DNA of 64,000 bases from Candidatus Hodarchaeota archaeon (GCA_016839815.1 JAEOTM010000041.1:32001-96000); one strand, 5' to 3'. Shown: positions 30,219 through 41,066, numbered from the stretch's first letter. Program-made: numbers and translations. The notes: generated from the sequence alone by a model not told the origin.

Positions 30219-31202
30219 ATGAAATTAACCTCAGTGATTGAAATGGAATTAGAAACAATTAAAAATATTGGAATTGTTGGTGTGGGAGTTATGGGGCCTG
30301 GGATAGCAGAGGTTCTTGCAATATTTGGTTCCTCATATGACTTTACAATCAATTTATTTGATATTTCAAGTGAAGCAATTCAGAATGCTCAAAAACGAAT
30401 GGAAGAAGACTTTGTCAAGGTAGAAAGTGTTGGGATCTTTAGTAAGGAAGACTTACAGGAAGCACGAAATCGAATTCATTTTGTAACTGATCTAAATGCT
30501 CTCAAGGAGTCACATCTTATTATTGAAGTTATCCCTGAAAAACTCAATCTCAAACAGGATTTTTTCAAACAGATTGAAAGTTTAGTGTCTCCCGATACAA
30601 TTTTAGCAACAAATTCTTCAGGTTTAAGTATAACAGCAATTGCAAAAGATACTCAACATCCAGAAAGGGTCATTGGAACGCATTTCATGAATCCTCCCTT
30701 ACTAATGCCCTTAGTTGAAGTAGTAAAAGGTAAAGATACGTCTGATGAGACGATATCAAGAATAATTGGTCTTTTGACAAATGTGAATAAACGCCCAGTC
30801 TTAGTGAAAAAAGATATTCCTGGATATGTACATAATCGATTACAAGCTGCAGTGTTTCGTGAATTAATGCACTTAGTGGATACTGAGGTTATGGACGTAG
30901 AAGACCTAGAAACAACTGTGAGGTACGGATTAGGCTTACGTCTACCCGTGATGAAAGTTTTCGAAATGGTTGACCTGATGGGATTGGATACAATAAAAAA
31001 TGTCCTTTCTTATCTGTATCCTGCGTTAGACCGATCCACCAAACCGCCTGACTTCTTAGAGGAGATGATTGGGAAGGGAACATTAGGTGTCAAAACTGGT
31101 AAGGGATTTCATGACTATTCCAATGCAGATATGACAGAATCAATGAAAGAGAAAGAAGCAGCAACATTTCAACTGCTCATGATGATGCAGCAATATGACT
31201 AA
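30219..31202 (+). CDS. 3-hydroxyacyl-CoA dehydrogenase family protein
   Basis: GVGVMGPG, EVIPEKLNLK, TNSS, HFMNPP..MPLVEV, NRLQ, G.LGVKTGKGFHDY. Confidence 0.92.
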   Translation: MKLTSVIEMELETIKNIGIVGVGVMGPGIAEVLAIFGSSYDFTINLFDISSEAIQNAQKRMEEDFVKVESVGIFSKEDLQEARNRIHFVTDLNALKESHLIIEVIPEKLNLKQDFFKQIESLVSPDTILATNSSGLSITAIAKDTQHPERVIGTHFMNPPLLMPLVEVVKGKDTSDETISRIIGLLTNVNKRPVLVKKDIPGYVHNRLQAAVFRELMHLVDTEVMDVEDLETTVRYGLGLRLPVMKVFEMVDLMGLDTIKNVLSYLYPALDRSTKPPDFLEEMIGKGTLGVKTGKGFHDYSNADMTESMKEKEAATFQLLMMMQQYD

Positions 31203-31207
31203 ATGCA

Positions 31208-31241
31208 GGAAAAAGTGGGTGGGAGAATCTTGGTATTCTCC
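31208..31241 (-). terminator. Hairpin between convergent genes with a minus-strand T-run
   Basis: ggagaat-cttggt-attctcc (31222-31241), followed on the minus strand by cacccacttttt. Confidence 0.45.
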
Positions 31242-31256
31242 TTACCTGATTAGCTT

Positions 31257-32624
31257 TTAAAAAGTAATATCCTTACCTTTTGTTTCAGGGATGAGTCGTA
31301 ACACGAAGAACATTGCAATATAGGCAAATACACACAATGTCATTCCTACAGCAAGTGCTTGTGCAAATCCTAGTGGATCTAGTAGCACTCTTTCCTCAAG
31401 CTTAAGATGTGGGGCAATCTTAGGTTCTAGCTCGGTTGTTATGATTCCAATGATAAATGCTCCAAGAGCTAAAGCTCTTGCGACAGAAAAAATAAATGAG
31501 GTTGCGGTTGCTCTGAATCGTGTAGGAAATACTTCACTGCTCCAAATCCCAAATACACCGTGCATTCCAAACGAGAATGTCAAAACGAGACACCCAACTA
31601 TTATTAACGGAAAAACATAGGCAATGAAATTAAAAGTAACGAAAAGACTTACACCAACAAGACCAATCACACAACTATAAAAAAAAGCTTTCTTTCTACC
31701 GATATAATCGCTTGCCCATCCTGTAAAGTACAGTGCAAACCCAGCAACAACCATAACTCCTAACATTAATACCCTAGCAAGTGTTTTAGCTGACCCAACA
31801 TCTCCTCCGCTCTGCTGTAACTCATATATGAACATATATTCGAAATATGTAGGAGCCCAATCAGCTAACGCGTGATAGGCGAATTCTGATAGCCAGAAGA
31901 GAACTGTAAGAAGAACCATGAATTTGATCCATTGAGAACTGAGTACATCACGTAAGCCAGATGTCTTATCTTTTTCTTCAACGAGTTTGATCTCACTGGA
32001 ATCTCCGTCCAAAAACTCTTTCTGATCAATCCACACCTGAGATTCGTCTAATCTGTATTCAAGGTAAATTAAAAATGGAATTGGGAATAATGCAGATAAG
32101 AAACAAATTCTCCATCCTTCAAGTACAAGAGGTCCAAGTGTTATCGGTGCCATTTCACCGAAAATCAGAGTAACTATTACTGCAGCAATATATCCCACAA
32201 CAAAGGTACCATGCACTAATCCTCCCGCTTTTCCCCGTTTTTCAGATGGAAAAGTCTCAGAAAGAAGTGAAAAGGAAATCCCCCACGATACTCCTAATCC
32301 CGAAATTAGCCTTAATATAGCAAAGATTAGGAATGTGGGGGCGAAGGCAGAGAGGGCAGTAAATACTGAATCCCACAGAACGGAGATTAAAAGAACTTGT
32401 TTCCGACCGAATTTGTCAGCCATATAACCGAAGAACGCAGCGCCGAAAACAGTCATTATATACTGCGCAGAAAAGACAAAACCTAGTTCCACTTTAGTAA
32501 CTCCGAAATCAGCTGCAATTGTCGTAGCTAGTAGGGACACCAAAACTAATGCAAATCCATCATGGGCCCATCCGATTACTCCTGCGATCAACACAGGTAT
32601 TTTGTTTTCTGTAGTCTCTGCCAT
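31257..32624 (-). CDS. MFS transporter (aromatic acid/sugar porter-like)
   Basis: GYMADKFGRK, ETFPSEKRG, SDYIGRK, SEVFPTRFRAT, PETKG. Confidence 0.93.
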   Translation of the reverse strand: MAETTENKIPVLIAGVIGWAHDGFALVLVSLLATTIAADFGVTKVELGFVFSAQYIMTVFGAAFFGYMADKFGRKQVLLISVLWDSVFTALSAFAPTFLIFAILRLISGLGVSWGISFSLLSETFPSEKRGKAGGLVHGTFVVGYIAAVIVTLIFGEMAPITLGPLVLEGWRICFLSALFPIPFLIYLEYRLDESQVWIDQKEFLDGDSSEIKLVEEKDKTSGLRDVLSSQWIKFMVLLTVLFWLSEFAYHALADWAPTYFEYMFIYELQQSGGDVGSAKTLARVLMLGVMVVAGFALYFTGWASDYIGRKKAFFYSCVIGLVGVSLFVTFNFIAYVFPLIIVGCLVLTFSFGMHGVFGIWSSEVFPTRFRATATSFIFSVARALALGAFIIGIITTELEPKIAPHLKLEERVLLDPLGFAQALAVGMTLCVFAYIAMFFVLRLIPETKGKDITF

Positions 32625-32883
32625 TTATCATCACATATAACTATTCTAACAATCAATTCAAGCTTAATTTGAGTGTGGGAGAAGATTTCATTAAAAAATG
32701 TTTTGTCGAAATCAAAAGTATCGTTTACATCAAATTTGATTCCTATTAGAATTCCAGTTCGGGTTTAAGACTGTTGGTTCCTTTTTTCCCGACAGATATT
32801 TAATAAGAAAATTTGAACGATCTCCCCAATTACTCTGTATTATCTATCATGTGATCCTTTTTGACATGTAAAGCTTCTATTAG

Positions 32884-33342
32884 GTGAACCACATGGATAT
32901 TTCCGCCATCTTTCACAATATTCTTGTTAAAATTCTTAAAAACACTCCTGGCCTTCAACACGCTATGCTCACAGATAGTACGGGTCTTACACTAGCTAAT
33001 GTAACTCGTTCAACGTCATCCTTAGAATTAGAGGGAATTGGCGCTTTATCCATGGCATTATTCATAGGAATGCGTCAACAAGGAAATGAAGTTCAACTGG
33101 GTCCGCTTGGCTTTGTATTTTCGGAATTTAGTGAGGGTAAACTCATTTTACAATCGATAAACGAGGATTGTATATTAGTAGGGGTTATTTCGCAGAATGC
33201 CAACGTGTTGAAGGTAAAAACCTCCATTAAACGGTATACCGACGAAATTGGGGATCAGATTGAGCTTCTAAAAACCGCGAAATCTGTTGAAGCTAACTTA
33301 TCAAAAAGCCTCCTTGATGAAGCTCTATCCGAATTAGACTAA
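32884..33342 (+). CDS. Roadblock/LC7 domain protein
   Basis: PGLQHAMLTDSTGLTLA, helix, LGPL..VFSEFSEGKLIL, ILVGV pattern. Confidence 0.85.
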   Translation: MNHMDISAIFHNILVKILKNTPGLQHAMLTDSTGLTLANVTRSTSSLELEGIGALSMALFIGMRQQGNEVQLGPLGFVFSEFSEGKLILQSINEDCILVGVISQNANVLKVKTSIKRYTDEIGDQIELLKTAKSVEANLSKSLLDEALSELD

Positions 33343-33370
33343 CATAGATTGTTCTCTCAATAACTTAACT

Positions 33371-34165
33371 TTGAGAGGGTTGAAAGTGGATTTACTTCCT
33401 AAAAAAATGTCTGAGCTGGCTGTAATTCTTCCATCCCACCTTGAAAAGGATACGGTTGTTCTTGCAGGCATCTGTGACTCTATTTTTGATGGGAGAATAA
33501 AATCTGATTTGGAAAAGGGAGAACGTGTCCTTTTAATTAAGAAAGATGGAAGTATTTTGCTTCACAATGCAACAGGAACTCGTCCAGTCCAATGGCAAAG
33601 AGCTAAAGCTGGTAAGATTGTTTTTACTCATAACGATGAAGATAATACCTTATTGATGGAATCATACAGACCAAAAACGGATGAATCATTCTTTATTACA
33701 TATTACGAGATAAATTTCGCAGCATTCATCCGTATGAAAGAAGAACTGTCTGGAGGAGGTGAAACGATTGGGGATGAGAAAGATTTTGTTGATCAATTAG
33801 TTCTTCATCCAGATCTCATCGAACCTGAACTCAAAATAATTGAAAGAGAAAAAGAAATAGATTTCGGATTTATTGATCTCTATGCTCAGGATAGCAGTCA
33901 CAATTTTGTAGCAATCGAAGTGAAGAAACAAAATGCGACTTTGACTGATGCATATCAGTTGCACCGATACATAGAGTTTTTTCAAGGCCAAGGAGAACAT
34001 GTGCGAGGAATTCTTGTGGCCACTCACATCCCCAAGAAGGTACTTTCCTATCTAAAAGCCCACAATCTAGATGGAAAATCAATTCCTTGGCAAGAAATAT
34101 TTCCTACAGTAAAACGTCCTTCAAAACTAGTTAGAACAAGACAATTAGATAATTTTTGGAGTTGA
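33371..34165 (+). CDS. nucS: Mismatch-specific endonuclease NucS/EndoMS
   Basis: FDGRIKS, LIKKDGSILLH, PVQWQ, GFIDL...VAIEVK, QLHRY, VRGILVA. Confidence 0.92.
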   Translation: MRGLKVDLLPKKMSELAVILPSHLEKDTVVLAGICDSIFDGRIKSDLEKGERVLLIKKDGSILLHNATGTRPVQWQRAKAGKIVFTHNDEDNTLLMESYRPKTDESFFITYYEINFAAFIRMKEELSGGGETIGDEKDFVDQLVLHPDLIEPELKIIEREKEIDFGFIDLYAQDSSHNFVAIEVKKQNATLTDAYQLHRYIEFFQGQGEHVRGILVATHIPKKVLSYLKAHNLDGKSIPWQEIFPTVKRPSKLVRTRQLDNFWS

Positions 34166-34169
34166 AACT

Positions 34170-35135
34170 ATGACTGAGAGTATAGTTATTGATGCCCATG
34201 CAGATACCTTGCTAAAACTGTATTTTGCTTCACTTATGCGATTTTCATCTCAAGAAAATGACCCGCTTCACATTACAAAGGAATACCTAGAGGAAGGAAA
34301 TGTTAATGTTCAGGTATTTGCTATGTTTGTGCCTCCTAAACTTGAAAAAATTGGTTTAGAAGTAACACTGGAAATGATCGCACTAGCAAAAGATCTAGCC
34401 AAGGAAAAAAACTTTACTATCATTAAATCATCTAAGGAACTTGGATATATTTCCCATAAAAAGGAATCAACAACAGGAATGGTTCTAAGTATAGAAGGGG
34501 CTATCGCTTTGGAGAGGAATCTAAAAATTCTCCCCCTAGTCCACGAGTTGGGAGTTCGGAATATAGGCATCACTTGGAGTAGACCAAACTTATTCGGAGA
34601 AGGAGTTAATTTTAATGAAAAAAAAACTGGACACGGGTTATCTAAAGATGGAATACAGCTTTTGGAAGAAATGGAAAATCTAGGGATGGTAATTGATGTT
34701 GCTCATCTTAATTATGAAGGATATATGGATGTGATGCAGTTCACAGATGCTCCTTTTATCGATTCACACTCCAATGCCCATTCAATCTGTCCTGTGTCCA
34801 GGAATTTGACTGATGATCAATTAGAAATGATTGGTTCAGCGGATGGAGTAGTTGGAGTTAATTTTTATCCGAAATTTCTCTCGATCACACCAGAAAAAGC
34901 TTCAATAAATGATGTAATCAAGCATATCAAATATATCGCAGAATTAATTGGGGTAAAACATGTTGGATTAGGATCTGATTTTGATGGTATTGCAACTACT
35001 CCCATTGGATTAGAAGATGCCAGAAAAATGAAGGAGTTAGTCCCTTTACTTGAAAAAGAAGGATTTAGCTCCAAGGAGACCTCAAAGATTATGGGAGGTA
35101 ACTTTGAGCGAGTATTTCGAAAAATATGGAAATGA
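34170..35135 (+). CDS. Membrane dipeptidase family (peptidase M19)
   Basis: IDAHADT, SIEG, IDVAH, SHSN, RNLTD, HVGLGSDFDG, GGNF. Confidence 0.93.
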   Translation: MTESIVIDAHADTLLKLYFASLMRFSSQENDPLHITKEYLEEGNVNVQVFAMFVPPKLEKIGLEVTLEMIALAKDLAKEKNFTIIKSSKELGYISHKKESTTGMVLSIEGAIALERNLKILPLVHELGVRNIGITWSRPNLFGEGVNFNEKKTGHGLSKDGIQLLEEMENLGMVIDVAHLNYEGYMDVMQFTDAPFIDSHSNAHSICPVSRNLTDDQLEMIGSADGVVGVNFYPKFLSITPEKASINDVIKHIKYIAELIGVKHVGLGSDFDGIATTPIGLEDARKMKELVPLLEKEGFSSKETSKIMGGNFERVFRKIWK

Positions 35136-35155
35136 TCAAGTAATTGCGAATTGGT

Positions 35156-35440
35156 CTAAGAATCTAAACCTAACCTTTCCCAATGGTTGGAAATGCTCTT
35201 CTCCAAGACTTTAATCAATTCTTGATTTTTAATTATCTGAGAAAAGCGCTTTTGAGGTTCAAGATATTCAATTAAAGGATCTCTTTTTGATTGATCACGA
35301 TATGATCGACTGGGATCCGATAAATGTGTATTCCCGCCATAAAATTCATATAAAATTTCATAATGAGAGTAGCAAAAACAATTTTTAAAGAAGAATTCAT
35401 TAATACCCGATTTAATCAAAATCGAAGATACTTCTTCCAC
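35156..35440 (-). CDS. Small hypothetical protein (start uncertain)
   Basis: 94-aa ORF filling the gap downstream of the Zn-ribbon gene. Confidence 0.35.
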   Translation of the reverse strand: MEEVSSILIKSGINEFFFKNCFCYSHYEILYEFYGGNTHLSDPSRSYRDQSKRDPLIEYLEPQKRFSQIIKNQELIKVLEKSISNHWERLGLDS

Positions 35441-35741
35441 GGTTGAATAAATCTACGTGCCCACAACGTCGGCAAGACATCATAACCACTTTAAAGCTTG
35501 TAAACCCCCATTTGGAATCTAACCGTCCTTTGTCTTTGGCGAAATCTTGTCCACCACATAGAGTACATCTTAATACCAAACCTTCACCAGTATTTCGATC
35601 TCCAAAACCGATTGATTCCTCCCGGCGCGAGTATTGTACTGGTTGTCTCTCTGCTGCAGCTGGACTTAATGTAGCTCCACAGCTTTTACAAAATTTGGCG
35701 TTTCCAGTATTTTCAGTTCCACATGTTTCACAGTAAACCAT
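35412..35741 (-). CDS. Small protein with two Zn ribbons
   Basis: CETCG...FCKSCG and CTLCG...CRRCG. Confidence 0.8.
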   Translation of the reverse strand: MVYCETCGTENTGNAKFCKSCGATLSPAAAERQPVQYSRREESIGFGDRNTGEGLVLRCTLCGGQDFAKDKGRLDSKWGFTSFKVVMMSCRRCGHVDLFNRGRSIFDFD

Positions 35742-35948
35742 AATTCTTTACCTTCGTTTCATATTTTGCTTGATTTATTGTCAGAATATCTTCTTTATAA
35801 GCTCTCTGAATGCGGAACTAGGGTTGTAGATGGGAGTAATTTTTCTATTGGGGAGGATGATTTATAGAATGAATAAGCGGACATAAAAACTCTCTTATTT
35901 CCTCCCTCTATTAAGCAACAATTTACAAAAACGTCTGGTTTTTCCATA

Positions 35949-37190
35949 ATGGATCTAATTAATAAGTCTGAACTAGTTTATCTCCTCTATCATCTTCCAG
36001 TGGCTTTGAGTACGCCCTTTATTAGCTGGTATTTTTATAATATATCCGGAGGAGATTTTTTAGGAGCAGGCTTAATTATTAGCATTCCTTATATTGCCTT
36101 TATTTTCTCTACTGCTTTTTTTGGTCGACTGAGTGATCTTATTGGTTCAAAGAATCTGGTCACCTTTGCCCTTTCTATGCAGATGGTATCATTTATTGTA
36201 TATTACAATATTTCTAGACCTTGGTTGTTTTTTCTAGCGTATATAGGGTTCAATGTGTTAATTTCCGCCTTTAGTCCATCAATGAATAGATATATTTCAG
36301 TAACTACGGAGGCAACCAATCAATCCAAACAAGGAGATGTTTTTGGTAGGCTAACAATGTGGGCTAGCCTTGGATTTTTCTTGGGAAGTGTACTCGCAAC
36401 AGTTTTATTAGATTCTGAAAGTCAAGATTTTCGACCACTATTCCTTGCTGCAATTTTTTTCTCTTTTATCGCTTTATGCGGAGTAATCTTACTCGATTCT
36501 GAAAAAAAGATAGGTATAAAGTATCCCCATCAAAATCCGACAAGAAGCGCGACCGATATTGGGATACGATCCTATATCACAGAATTAAAATCAATCGGAA
36601 TACTTCTCATACTAGTCCTAATCACACAAATATCTGTTTCTCTCTATTCAAGTTTTTTCACGATATTTATTGATTCTGAGCTTAATCAACCGGTAAATTA
36701 TGCTGCAGTAGCTAATTCAGTTGCAACTTTAATCGGAATGGGAGTTTCGTATACTGTCGGTCGATCAATAACTGCAGGTTTTAATAAAAAAGGTGTTATT
36801 TTAATCGGGTTAGCAATTTATTTAGTATTACCCACCCTAACCTTCATTTTTGCAGACAATCCAATAATTGTAATTGGTCTTTATTGTATTCCAGCATACA
36901 GTACATTTTTTGTCGTTGCACCAGTAGTGATATCAGAAAATACAGACAGCAAAGTCAGAGGGTTAGCTATGGGTTTATACTCGGCATTCACCTTTGGTGG
37001 CCAAGCAATAGGGACATTGATAAGTGCTTATATGGCTGATTATTTTGAGGTTATTAAGTACAATTTTCTTCTTGCAGGTATTATCTCATTATTCGGAATA
37101 TTAATTGGATTTATATTCTTTAAAGAAAGAGTAATAGATCCCAAGTCAGCAAATAAGGACGTTTATGTAGATTCATCTATTTTAGCATGA
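35949..37190 (+). CDS. MFS transporter
   Basis: About 12 TM, GRLSDLIG, RGLAMG. Confidence 0.9.
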   Translation: MDLINKSELVYLLYHLPVALSTPFISWYFYNISGGDFLGAGLIISIPYIAFIFSTAFFGRLSDLIGSKNLVTFALSMQMVSFIVYYNISRPWLFFLAYIGFNVLISAFSPSMNRYISVTTEATNQSKQGDVFGRLTMWASLGFFLGSVLATVLLDSESQDFRPLFLAAIFFSFIALCGVILLDSEKKIGIKYPHQNPTRSATDIGIRSYITELKSIGILLILVLITQISVSLYSSFFTIFIDSELNQPVNYAAVANSVATLIGMGVSYTVGRSITAGFNKKGVILIGLAIYLVLPTLTFIFADNPIIVIGLYCIPAYSTFFVVAPVVISENTDSKVRGLAMGLYSAFTFGGQAIGTLISAYMADYFEVIKYNFLLAGIISLFGILIGFIFFKERVIDPKSANKDVYVDSSILA

Positions 37191-37681
37191 TCTATGTGAA
37201 GTACTTTCGTTTCAACCTCATCTAAATCTTCATCACCTGGAAAAAGTAAACGAGCTTCTGCTAAAAGGTTTCTTGCTTCACGAATAAGTCGTGCTTTGGC
37301 ACTAGCCTCAATCCAAGCTATCCAGTCAATTTTTTCTATGTGTAATGGGTATAAAACAGAGAATTGTTTGTATAGATTTTCTGCTTTTGCGTAATATGAT
37401 GCGTCTTCTCTTCCCCCTAGCCTCATATACCCTTTAGCAAGATTCCTGATTACTGTAATATGGTTAGGTGGATTACTACGAGTTTCTGGAGTATTAAGTC
37501 TCTCTTCAAGGCGAGTAATTTTTTCTTTTAGGGTTAATTTGGAACTTTCAAGAGGTAACGTGCTAGTTTCTCCAGATTTCTCCCGATCAACCCTACTAGC
37601 ATCCATTCCTTTCTGAAGATCAAGTTTTGAATCACTTCGGATCGTTTTAACCTTTGATTTACCTCTACGCAGAAAACTCAT
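37163..37681 (-). CDS. Hypothetical protein with TPR-like helical C-terminus
   Basis: LAKGY...YAKAE.LY, A...L.EAR.LFP helix-pair pattern. Confidence 0.55.
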   Translation of the reverse strand: MSFLRRGKSKVKTIRSDSKLDLQKGMDASRVDREKSGETSTLPLESSKLTLKEKITRLEERLNTPETRSNPPNHITVIRNLAKGYMRLGGREDASYYAKAENLYKQFSVLYPLHIEKIDWIAWIEASAKARLIREARNLLAEARLLFPGDEDLDEVETKVLHIDHAKIDEST

Positions 37682-37873
37682 ATTTTTCCGTCCAGAATTG
37701 CTAAAGAAGTTAGTTATACGAGATTGCTGTTTGAATGTAGTTTTTCAGTATTTTAGTATTTTGATTCTCAAGCTGTTTCAGTAATTCAGTAGAGTAATTC
37801 TCCACTGACCCAAACTGCATGAAAATATTTAATTTTCCAAATACAAAAATAATCTCTTAATGGACGATATCTA

Positions 37874-40348
37874 CTATTCAATCACTCTTAGAGCTGATGG
37901 AAGATCCATTTTACTCAATTTTTTGATTGAGAGAAGAGGAGTTAGTGCGACAAGAACCACACCAATGAATAAAATGATTGTAATACTATTAAGAAATAGG
38001 AATCCTGCTATAGTCACTTCAGGCATGGAGGTACGAATTTGAATCTGGAAAATCTCCATTACAATCATTCCGAGGGGGAAAAAACCAATTAAGGTTCCAA
38101 AAATCCCAATAATTATACTTTCCACCATCATCATCCAAGTTGAGGTACGGATAGGTGTTCCAAACGCGCCCATAGTTGCAAATTCTCGCAATCTCTCGTC
38201 AAAGTTTATAGTAGCGGTATTAAAAGCTAGTAGTAAAGCAAGAGCCATGACTGCGTATTGGATCACAGATAATACTTCAGTAAAAAGCTCAATAAGTTCT
38301 TCATAAGTTTCCACAAGTCTTATTATTGTCTGTACTCCGCTATATGCAGGCATATCGAAAAGATCTTCTTGGATCGATTCAATTGATACTCCTGGTTTGG
38401 GTAGTAAAATCAGAGAGTTGATTAATCCAGTACAATTTAAGATATTATCATTAGTTAGGTCTAAAAACGCCCAAAATCGAACTTGACTTCCGTAAATTCC
38501 AATGATATCTACTGATGTATTCATCATGGAATATTGGTAAGAGCTCTCCCGAAATAGATGCTCTAAGAAGAGAGTATCACCTAATTCCACATGCAAATCA
38601 CGAGCAGTTTTTTCAGAAATGATAATACCAGGATTCGTTGAAATTGTTTCGACGTTCCCCTCGGTTAATTCTGGAGTCCATATAGAATTTTGGAGATCGA
38701 AAAAGTGAATACTGAGAGGATATGAATCTGAATCCCCAATAACAGTTCCTGGAATTTCAATCGCAGGAATGGCTTTTTCTAATTTAGAGTTCTGTGTAAT
38801 ATTAGTGACTACTTCTGTTGAGTTGGGATAAAATCCATTTAAAGCAACATGCAGACGGTTAGGTGAATGACCTTCCATGATCTCCTGTTCAAGAGCTAGA
38901 AGATGAGTTCCACCGTTCAGAAGAGCCAGAATTGCTATGAGAACAGAAAGTGACAATGCTACTCCCATTATGGTAGAAAATGTACGCCGAGGATTACGAG
39001 CAAAATTTCTAAACGGTAGTTGAAGAAAAATTGAGCCAGGAAATCGTAAGCGTTCGAGTAAAGGAGCAGCACCTTTTCCTGTAGATAGTGTATATCCAAT
39101 TTGGATTGCCTGAATAGGTTTAACTCTTGTAGCTCTCCATATTGGGATTATTGTTGCAGAGAAGGGGATAAGTATTCCAAGAATAGCCCCTTGCAGAAAT
39201 AAATCAATAACTAACCATTCCTCCCAAACAGGAAAAGGAATCACTTCAGCGAAAACTGATCCTAGTCGATCACCTAGAAATTGAGAAAGAATTAAGCCAC
39301 AGATTACTCCCCCTATTGCAATCTCGAAGGAAAAAATTAGATATCGAATTGCTAATTGCCATGGGGGCACCCCCAAAGCCATATTAATACCGATTTGGCG
39401 TCTATGAGAATTAATTACCCGAGAAACAAGATTAAAAGTTCCAAAAGCTGCTGCTAGGAGTACAAGAAATGAAATAATAAAGTACATACTTTGATCATTA
39501 GGAATATCTTCCTTTTGTATCCTATATGCGGGGTAATCATCTTTCTCTGTGAATTTTATGTCAATAGCGGGAAATTCAAGGGCAAAAACATCAGTAATTT
39601 CTTCCTGTAAAACATCCATATCAGCTTCAGAGGAAATAAGGAATAGTGCTTCATTTACATGACCAAGTGGTAATCCGATTTGATACTGTAAGATTTGTTG
39701 AGCTGTATTTATCGGTATAAATAATGCACAAAAGACTGATTCTGCTTTAACAGCATTCCCTTCAATTACCATGAAATATTCGGGACTTAATCCAGAACCA
39801 ATACAAGAGAGCGTAAAACCTCCAGATATTTCAATATTGTAGTTATCAGTCGGAGTATCATAATATTGAGCAAAATTATACTCGACAATACATACCGAAT
39901 CATTAACTTCTGTAGCTAAAATATCTCGTCCATCAATTACTTTTATTCCATTTACTTCTAAATTATTTGAACCAGAAGTAACATTCACCCCAATAACTCT
40001 ACCATTCACTAGAATGGATTGATTTTCAGTCGAAGCATTGACAGAAACTGGAAAAACAACACGATATTCTATTGCTTCTATCCACTGGGCATGGGGTAGT
40101 TGTTTTAAGCTTGAACTTAGTACTGACTGATTTATCCAGCTCCCAAACGCAAGTTCCATCTTGAGATCGAACATGTATAACTGTTCATTGCTTTGATCGA
40201 AGGCATATTGTCTCCAAGGAGTGGTGCTACTAAGTCCTACATAGGCCCCAGTTCCTAATCCAATTACTAAGGATAAAGCAATGACTTGGAATTTTCTTTC
40301 CCGTAAGTCTCGGAACGACCAGCGAAGCAAAAACCGTATTTGTGCCAT
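37874..40348 (-). CDS. FtsX/MacB-like ABC transporter permease (two repeats)
   Basis: RRQIGINMALG and ERLREFATMGAFG motifs, two large extracellular loops; likely start MAQIRF. Confidence 0.9.
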   Translation of the reverse strand: MAQIRFLLRWSFRDLRERKFQVIALSLVIGLGTGAYVGLSSTTPWRQYAFDQSNEQLYMFDLKMELAFGSWINQSVLSSSLKQLPHAQWIEAIEYRVVFPVSVNASTENQSILVNGRVIGVNVTSGSNNLEVNGIKVIDGRDILATEVNDSVCIVEYNFAQYYDTPTDNYNIEISGGFTLSCIGSGLSPEYFMVIEGNAVKAESVFCALFIPINTAQQILQYQIGLPLGHVNEALFLISSEADMDVLQEEITDVFALEFPAIDIKFTEKDDYPAYRIQKEDIPNDQSMYFIISFLVLLAAAFGTFNLVSRVINSHRRQIGINMALGVPPWQLAIRYLIFSFEIAIGGVICGLILSQFLGDRLGSVFAEVIPFPVWEEWLVIDLFLQGAILGILIPFSATIIPIWRATRVKPIQAIQIGYTLSTGKGAAPLLERLRFPGSIFLQLPFRNFARNPRRTFSTIMGVALSLSVLIAILALLNGGTHLLALEQEIMEGHSPNRLHVALNGFYPNSTEVVTNITQNSKLEKAIPAIEIPGTVIGDSDSYPLSIHFFDLQNSIWTPELTEGNVETISTNPGIIISEKTARDLHVELGDTLFLEHLFRESSYQYSMMNTSVDIIGIYGSQVRFWAFLDLTNDNILNCTGLINSLILLPKPGVSIESIQEDLFDMPAYSGVQTIIRLVETYEELIELFTEVLSVIQYAVMALALLLAFNTATINFDERLREFATMGAFGTPIRTSTWMMMVESIIIGIFGTLIGFFPLGMIVMEIFQIQIRTSMPEVTIAGFLFLNSITIILFIGVVLVALTPLLSIKKLSKMDLPSALRVIE

Positions 40349-40352
40349 AGCA

Positions 40353-41066
40353 TCACCACTTGAGGTTATCAATACTCACGGTTCCATCTGTCGGGGGACC
40401 ATCCGAAACAATTTTTCCTGCTTGTAATTCAATAACCCGGTGAGCTAATCTTGAGATCTCACGATTGTGTGTAACTAAAAGTATCGTTTTTTTGGATTGC
40501 TTCTGTTCCACAAGAAGTGATAATATTTGCCTCCCTGTTTTAAAATCGAGTTCACCTGTAGGTTCATCAGCTAGTATTATCGGTGCGTCTTTCACCAAAG
40601 CACGTGCTATAGCAACTCGCTGCTGCTCGCCACCTGAAAGCTGATGTGGGAAGTGACGGATCCGTTCCCCCAATCCTACTGTTTTTAAAGCCTCTATCGC
40701 TTTATTCCTGCTTTTCCTTAATTTTGCTAGATCAGCCACATATTGAACATTTTCTAGTGCAGATAATGTAGGAAAGAGGTTAAAAGTTTGAAAAATAAAA
40801 CCAATCGTCTCACGTCTATAAGTAAATTGTTTTTGTCTCTTTATTTGCGCAATATCCTTCTCAGCTATTTGAATCACTCCATTAGTTGGATTTTCTAAGG
40901 CTCCTATTAGATTCAAAAGGGTTGTTTTTCCAGAACCAGAAGGACCTAAAACTACAACAACTTCTCCATGAGTGATCTCTGTAGATAACTCTTCAAGGGC
41001 CTTGACGGTCGTATTTCCCATTTGATAATATTTTGAGACATTAAGTAGTTTAATATCATAATTCAT
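40353..41066 (-). CDS. ABC transporter ATPase (LolD/MacB-like)
   Basis: GPSGSGKTT, LSGGEQQR, ADEPTG, VTHN; likely start MNYDIK at 41066. Confidence 0.95.
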   Translation of the reverse strand: MNYDIKLLNVSKYYQMGNTTVKALEELSTEITHGEVVVVLGPSGSGKTTLLNLIGALENPTNGVIQIAEKDIAQIKRQKQFTYRRETIGFIFQTFNLFPTLSALENVQYVADLAKLRKSRNKAIEALKTVGLGERIRHFPHQLSGGEQQRVAIARALVKDAPIILADEPTGELDFKTGRQILSLLVEQKQSKKTILLVTHNREISRLAHRVIELQAGKIVSDGPPTDGTVSIDNLKW

